From Bacteriovoracaceae bacterium (GTDB lineage Bacteria > Bdellovibrionota > Bacteriovoracia > Bacteriovoracales > Bacteriovoracaceae): DNA of 41,786 nt. The position numbers were made by a program, and so were the translations under genes. The notes below the pieces were generated by a model, which worked only from the letters and a program-made list of their open reading frames with translations, ran no database searches and was not told where the DNA came from. Below, piece after piece: positions 37,737 to 41,786 of this stretch. The stretch spans positions 1 to 41,786 of the forward strand of contig JABIHA010000044.1 in the NCBI GenBank assembly GCA_018649885.1, written 5' to 3'. The stretch's first letter is position 1. Every line of letters begins with the position of its first letter.

Positions 37737-39068
37737 CTAAGACAAATTTTGACTCCAGTCCTTATTATATACTACCTTCAAGTATTTCTCTTTCTTATAC
37801 CTCACTTTTCCAGCCGCTCCCTTCACTGCTTTTAGATTTTTAACCTGAGTAAACAAAACCGGTATCTCTAAAATTTCAAGGTTACTTTTATCCCTGAGGG
37901 CCGAGGCCACATCGGCCATGTCCTCACTGGTAAGCTCAGAAATACTTTCGACCTTTGCGATGCAGTGGCTACTTGGATATCCATCGAGATGAAACCAAAT
38001 ATTTTGAGCACTGGCCCATGAAGATCGCAATGCGTCGTTTGATTTTGCACTACTTCCAAAACCAAATTGAATTCCTTTGGCATTTCGGTAGGTCTCAAAC
38101 CCCCCTCCAGCTTTTTGAGTGCTTATAGCTTTTGGCGATCTGATATGTTTCCAAATGGGGGTCACTACCTTTTTAGCAGGCCTTGCAATTCCGCCGCGGG
38201 CCTTAAGCTCCTTCATCTGATCCAGCACCTCATCAAGCCTTACTTTTTGAAAAGACAGACCTTTTTTATATCTTTTCAATCGATCATAAATTTCACTTCT
38301 TCTTTTCTCATTGCTCCAATCTTTTTCAAACTTTACTTTCATTCCCTTAAACTCATAGCGAGTAGTATTCATAAAGTTTGCTGTATCAATGCCTTCATAT
38401 AAACCGAGGTAGTCTTTTAATCTCTTAACATCTTTAGAAATCTTTAAAAATTTCCTCTCTAAAAATTTTGACTGTGCCTTGGCCTGTACCTCTTCACAAG
38501 CTGTTCCATCATCTTCTAAAAATATCTCATCCGTAATAGCTAATTCTTCAAGCTTACTCTTTGTTCGCCTTCCCACCTCAGTAAATAAATCAAAAAATGG
38601 GGCTATTTCCTCTGAATACAACCTTACAGTTTCTTTAAAAAACCAAGATTTTCTGATCTGGTAATTTTCCATGTCACTTGATCTTGCCTCTAAGAAATAG
38701 TTTTCTCTACCACAATAAAATAGGTAAAAATCGAGATATTCATTTTGCCCATAAAGCTGGAACTCAATTATTCGATCATTTTCATCGCAAATGATTTTCT
38801 TTAACTTCTTACCCCTTACATGCTTTCTTAAATATTCTAGAAACTTATCTCGAATTCTCTGATTTGAAGGAATTCTTGTCTCGGACCTCCAAATCCCCTC
38901 AACACCACCACCACGGCCCAAGATTAGGAACAAGGTTTTCCCAGGAATCCTGATATGGAACTCTATGGATCTAGCCGTACTATAAATTTTTTGTACAATT
39001 CCACCCTCACCCAACATTTCATTAAGGGATTGAACTTGAGAGTATAAATGACTATGATTGAGAATCAT
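37737..39068 (-). CDS. rqcH: RqcH/Rqc2/FbpA-family NFACT protein (start revised to ATG 39068)
   Basis: NFACT-N pattern (LNEMLGEGGIVQKIY, FLEYLRKHVRG, NDRII); coiled coil; NFACT-R (GSSAKSNDAL, IWFHLDGYPSSH, TQVKNLK). Confidence 0.8.
   Translation of the reverse strand: MILNHSHLYSQVQSLNEMLGEGGIVQKIYSTARSIEFHIRIPGKTLFLILGRGGGVEGIWRSETRIPSNQRIRDKFLEYLRKHVRGKKLKKIICDENDRIIEFQLYGQNEYLDFYLFYCGRENYFLEARSSDMENYQIRKSWFFKETVRLYSEEIAPFFDLFTEVGRRTKSKLEELAITDEIFLEDDGTACEEVQAKAQSKFLERKFLKISKDVKRLKDYLGLYEGIDTANFMNTTRYEFKGMKVKFEKDWSNEKRRSEIYDRLKRYKKGLSFQKVRLDEVLDQMKELKARGGIARPAKKVVTPIWKHIRSPKAISTQKAGGGFETYRNAKGIQFGFGSSAKSNDALRSSWASAQNIWFHLDGYPSSHCIAKVESISELTSEDMADVASALRDKSNLEILEIPVLFTQVKNLKAVKGAAGKVRYKKEKYLKVVYNKDWSQNLS
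39030..39058 (+). promoter_or_regulatory. Sigma70-type promoter of mutS2, inside the rqcH coding sequence (probable leaderless)
   Basis: TTGAAC (39030-39035), 17 nt spacer, TATGAT (39053-39058), then 8 nt to the ATG at 39067. Confidence 0.55.
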
Positions 39069-41454
39069 GAAGCTTAACCTACTTGATTTTCCTGACAAAC
39101 AATTCTTTAGCTATATTGATTGGCCGTCTATCATTAATACTATTTCAAAAAATATGTATTTTGAACATTCAAGTTTTATTTTAGCCGGAGATTTAAGACA
39201 TCGCACCTCTGGTCAGATCAAAAGTTACTTTGAAACAATTAAATCAACAATTCTTTTCATTAACTCTGATTTATATGCCGCATTTAGAAATGATCTCAAC
39301 TTCATCGATTCACGAGTTCATTTTTACGAGTTAATTGAGAGAATCTCAAAAAGTAGTGAGCTCGGTATTGAGGAGATAAACTCTCTTGTTAATTTACTTG
39401 AGCTTTATCACCTAGTTAAGGGAAGATTCACTGAATCTCCCGTTCTTGCTGAAAGTATGATTGATCCCGAGACTTTCAAGTCTATTCACGCAAGACTAAT
39501 CAAACCTTTTCGGTACTTTGTCTCCAAAGAGGGGGACATTGAGTATGAAAAGCATCCCCTACTCAGACCTTTGTATCATGAGCTAAGAAGTCTCGATTCA
39601 AAGATTAAAAAAGAAATTAACTCTTTTTTAAAAGATCCGGACAAAAGTCGCGTTCTCCAGTTTAATAATTACGACATTATTAATGATATTTACGTCCTGC
39701 CCATAAGAAGTGATTCTTATAGTACCAGGATTGGCAAAATCATCGCAAAGTCAGAAACTGGACATACACTATATGTAGAACCTAATGCCATTCGCGAGCT
39801 TTCAAATATTCGAATGCAAAAGCTCTATGAGATTGAATTTGAAATTTCGAAAATTTGTCGTGAAATTTGTAGTGAAGTGTTTGAACTCATAGAAAGCATA
39901 AGATCTGTTTCAGTGTTCACCTATACTCTCGATACATTAGTCGCCAAAGCCCGATATATTGAAGAGCTGGCCTTGGTAGAGCCTGAGATTTCTGATACAC
40001 CCAAAATGAAGATTGAAGGGTTTTTTCATCCTATGATTGAAAATCCTGTTAAAAATGACCTGTGCTTTGACGACACTCATGCAGGGTTAATCATTTCTGG
40101 TCCCAACACTGGAGGGAAAACCGTCTCTCTCAAGGCGATTTCAGTTTGCCACCTTTTCATCAATTTTGGTCTCTTTGTTCCAGCAGACTACGCGTGCCTC
40201 TATCCATTTGAGAATATTTTCTACTTAAGCCATGACCAACAAAACTTGGCCCAAGGCTTGAGTTCTTTTTCTTCAGAAGTTAGAAATTACCTCGCTCTCG
40301 TTGACCAGCTGGGAGACTCAAATCTAATTGTTATTGATGAAATATTTAACTCCACAAGCTCCGATGAGGCGAGTGCACTGGCCGTTGGCCTGATTCATCA
40401 TATAGAGGAAATTTCAAATTCAAGGTTCATTATATCTACCCATCACAAATTACTTAAAACTCATTACCATCACGATAAGAGATTTCTCTCAGGCCATGTT
40501 GGCTACGATCAAAAAAATGAAGTTCCAAACTATAAATTAAATGTTGGAACCCCAGGGAGCTCATTCGCACTTAAAATTTTTGAAAAGATCTCAAAACCAT
40601 TTCCAGATCTTTATGGAATTGTAGGCCAGGCAAAAACTATTTTATCCGAAAACCTCATAAAATATGAAGAACTGCTTCAGTCAGTGACACAGAGAAATTT
40701 TGAGCTTGAAGAATTGTTACATGAAAACAAAGTCATAAACCAAGAGTTAATCAATCAAAAAAAAGAGCATGAGGGTGTTTTAAAATTACAAACCAGACAA
40801 TACTTTGAGAGATATAAAGACAAAGTCGATAGGTTAATAGAGAGATACAATGATTCAATTTCTCAAATAAAAGATGGCAAAGTCATTACTGTCAAAGAAG
40901 CCACGGTAAAATTCAAAGATCTAAAAAACGAATATTCAGACCTTGCAGATACGGCTTATGGTGAGAAAAAAGAACAAGTAAAAGATCTGGTCTCTGCCAG
41001 TGAAATCAAAGTTGGGGAACAGTATTTTTGTAAGCAAATTGGGAAGGTTGTAAAAGTTGTTAATTCCAATACAAGGAAAAAGATTGCCACCGTTCTACAT
41101 GGCAAAATCAAGGTTGGAGTTGGCTTTGATCAATTATTCTTAACTAGTACAAATATTAACAAAATTAAACCAAAGTTTGAATCATTCTACCCAGATACTG
41201 CACCTAATATGGATATTGATTGTAGAGGATTTAGACTGGAAGAATTTCAAAGAGTGGTAGAGAATTCCTTAAACGACCTAATTAATGAATCTGTCACACA
41301 CCTAGTGGTAATACATGGTCATGGTGATGGAATATTAAAAGGATGGCTGAGAAAGTATCTTCGAAAAAACCCGAAATTTTCATGGAGCGCCCCAGAAGGA
41401 TTTGCTGATGGTGCCACTCGAATAGAAATGAAAGCTGGTGGTGATAACTCTTAA
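39067..41454 (+). CDS. mutS2: MutS2 (RqcU-like) ATPase with KOW-like and C-terminal Smr domains
   Basis: SETGHTLYVEP; ISGPNTGGKT; LSSFS; IDE; STH; GTPGSSFA; coiled coil; Smr DCRG and IHGHGDG; no mismatch-binding domain. Confidence 0.92.
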   Translation: MKLNLLDFPDKQFFSYIDWPSIINTISKNMYFEHSSFILAGDLRHRTSGQIKSYFETIKSTILFINSDLYAAFRNDLNFIDSRVHFYELIERISKSSELGIEEINSLVNLLELYHLVKGRFTESPVLAESMIDPETFKSIHARLIKPFRYFVSKEGDIEYEKHPLLRPLYHELRSLDSKIKKEINSFLKDPDKSRVLQFNNYDIINDIYVLPIRSDSYSTRIGKIIAKSETGHTLYVEPNAIRELSNIRMQKLYEIEFEISKICREICSEVFELIESIRSVSVFTYTLDTLVAKARYIEELALVEPEISDTPKMKIEGFFHPMIENPVKNDLCFDDTHAGLIISGPNTGGKTVSLKAISVCHLFINFGLFVPADYACLYPFENIFYLSHDQQNLAQGLSSFSSEVRNYLALVDQLGDSNLIVIDEIFNSTSSDEASALAVGLIHHIEEISNSRFIISTHHKLLKTHYHHDKRFLSGHVGYDQKNEVPNYKLNVGTPGSSFALKIFEKISKPFPDLYGIVGQAKTILSENLIKYEELLQSVTQRNFELEELLHENKVINQELINQKKEHEGVLKLQTRQYFERYKDKVDRLIERYNDSISQIKDGKVITVKEATVKFKDLKNEYSDLADTAYGEKKEQVKDLVSASEIKVGEQYFCKQIGKVVKVVNSNTRKKIATVLHGKIKVGVGFDQLFLTSTNINKIKPKFESFYPDTAPNMDIDCRGFRLEEFQRVVENSLNDLINESVTHLVVIHGHGDGILKGWLRKYLRKNPKFSWSAPEGFADGATRIEMKAGGDNS

Positions 41455-41523
41455 TTTGTAAAAATTGGATTTCGAACTGACAGCGGCCTCAAAGAGGTTT
41501 TGATTTAACCTGATATGGGGCCC

Positions 41524-41748
41524 TTATACTTTGACTTGCCCGATTGTCACTTGCCCTTGCCCGAGAATTACTGGCAATTTGCCATATCCCTCTGCAAAAT
41601 TGAGCACAATAAATAAAAATTCTCTTTGCAATTGATCTTTAAACTCTCTTCTTCCTTTTGGAAGTTTTTGGATGATCGACTCTGAATGTGACAGAAAAAG
41701 AACAGACTTTTTGTAAATATCCATTTTCTCATGGTGTATTACTTTCAT
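41524..41748 (-). pseudogene. Truncated, decayed four-helix-bundle protein (23S rRNA IVP-like family)
   Basis: HEKMDIYKKS, LPK, KDQLQR and VLNFAEGYGK match the first half of the family; the ORF then runs into the left inverted repeat; AGAGG RBS intact. Confidence 0.72.
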
Positions 41749-41786
41749 TTTTTCCTCTTTTTTCGGGCAAGGGCAAGTGACAATCG
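41541..41786. repeat. Perfect inverted repeats of at least 24 bp flanking the four-helix-bundle gene
   Basis: cgattgtcacttgcccttgcccga (41541-41564) is the exact reverse complement of tcgggcaagggcaagtgacaatcg (41763-41786, cut by the window edge). Confidence 0.95.

Noticed and set aside
664..38664. Many short ORFs of 60-165 aa in the track, antisense or out of frame
   Set aside because: They lie within or largely overlap well-supported genes, show no recognisable motifs and look like shadow frames.
39071..39098. TTGTCA-16-TAAGCT as the rqcH promoter
   Set aside because: The -10 ends only 2 nt before the ATG at 39068, so transcription would start inside the ORF; left uncalled.
11536..39098. 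Longest-ORF starts in the track for efp, pilH, pilA, batD, DUF58, moxR and rqcH
   Set aside because: The extensions overlap neighbours or lack family features; downstream ATGs fit RBS, signal peptides or family N-termini better.
41485..41501. GGCCTC-AAA-GAGGTT-TT hairpin after mutS2 as a terminator
   Set aside because: Short stem with G-U pairs and a short U tract; plausible but too weak to call.
41524..41748. Four-helix-bundle gene as DGR Avd or a true 23S rRNA intervening sequence
   Set aside because: No reverse transcriptase, template/variable repeat pair or rRNA sequence in the window; sequence beyond the edge cannot be assessed.

Overview
AT-rich bacterial chromosomal window, almost entirely coding on the minus strand. 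Gene content and order suggest a predatory Bdellovibrionota, probably Bacteriovoracales-like; this is inferred from synteny only. In coordinate order: 5' end of uvrA; rpsI, rplM; a TamA/BamA-like Omp85, TamB and a helical TPR-like protein (position of Bdellovibrio Bd2492 / Myxococcus SgmX); accC, accB, efp, aroQ, a TPR protein; a contiguous type IVa pilus locus (pilQPONM, pilD, pilI/pilH-like ABC pair, an inverted pilG-like gene, pilA, pilC, pilT, pilB) with no pilS/pilR; aroE, ribF; a BatD/BatB-C/BatA/DUF58/MoxR module; an RlmI-like methyltransferase; an exported protein; an RqcH/NFACT gene head-to-head with mutS2; and a decayed four-helix-bundle gene between perfect inverted repeats. Most notable: (1) the rqcH and mutS2 start codons appear to overlap in one CATG, and this RqcH has an altered EIM motif; (2) the inverted-repeat-flanked cassette at the right edge; (3) sigma28-like rather than sigma54 promoters at pilB and pilA; (4) three probable leaderless mRNAs. 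I recognised no rRNA, tRNA, CRISPR array or transposase. All calls come from reading motifs by eye; no searches were run.
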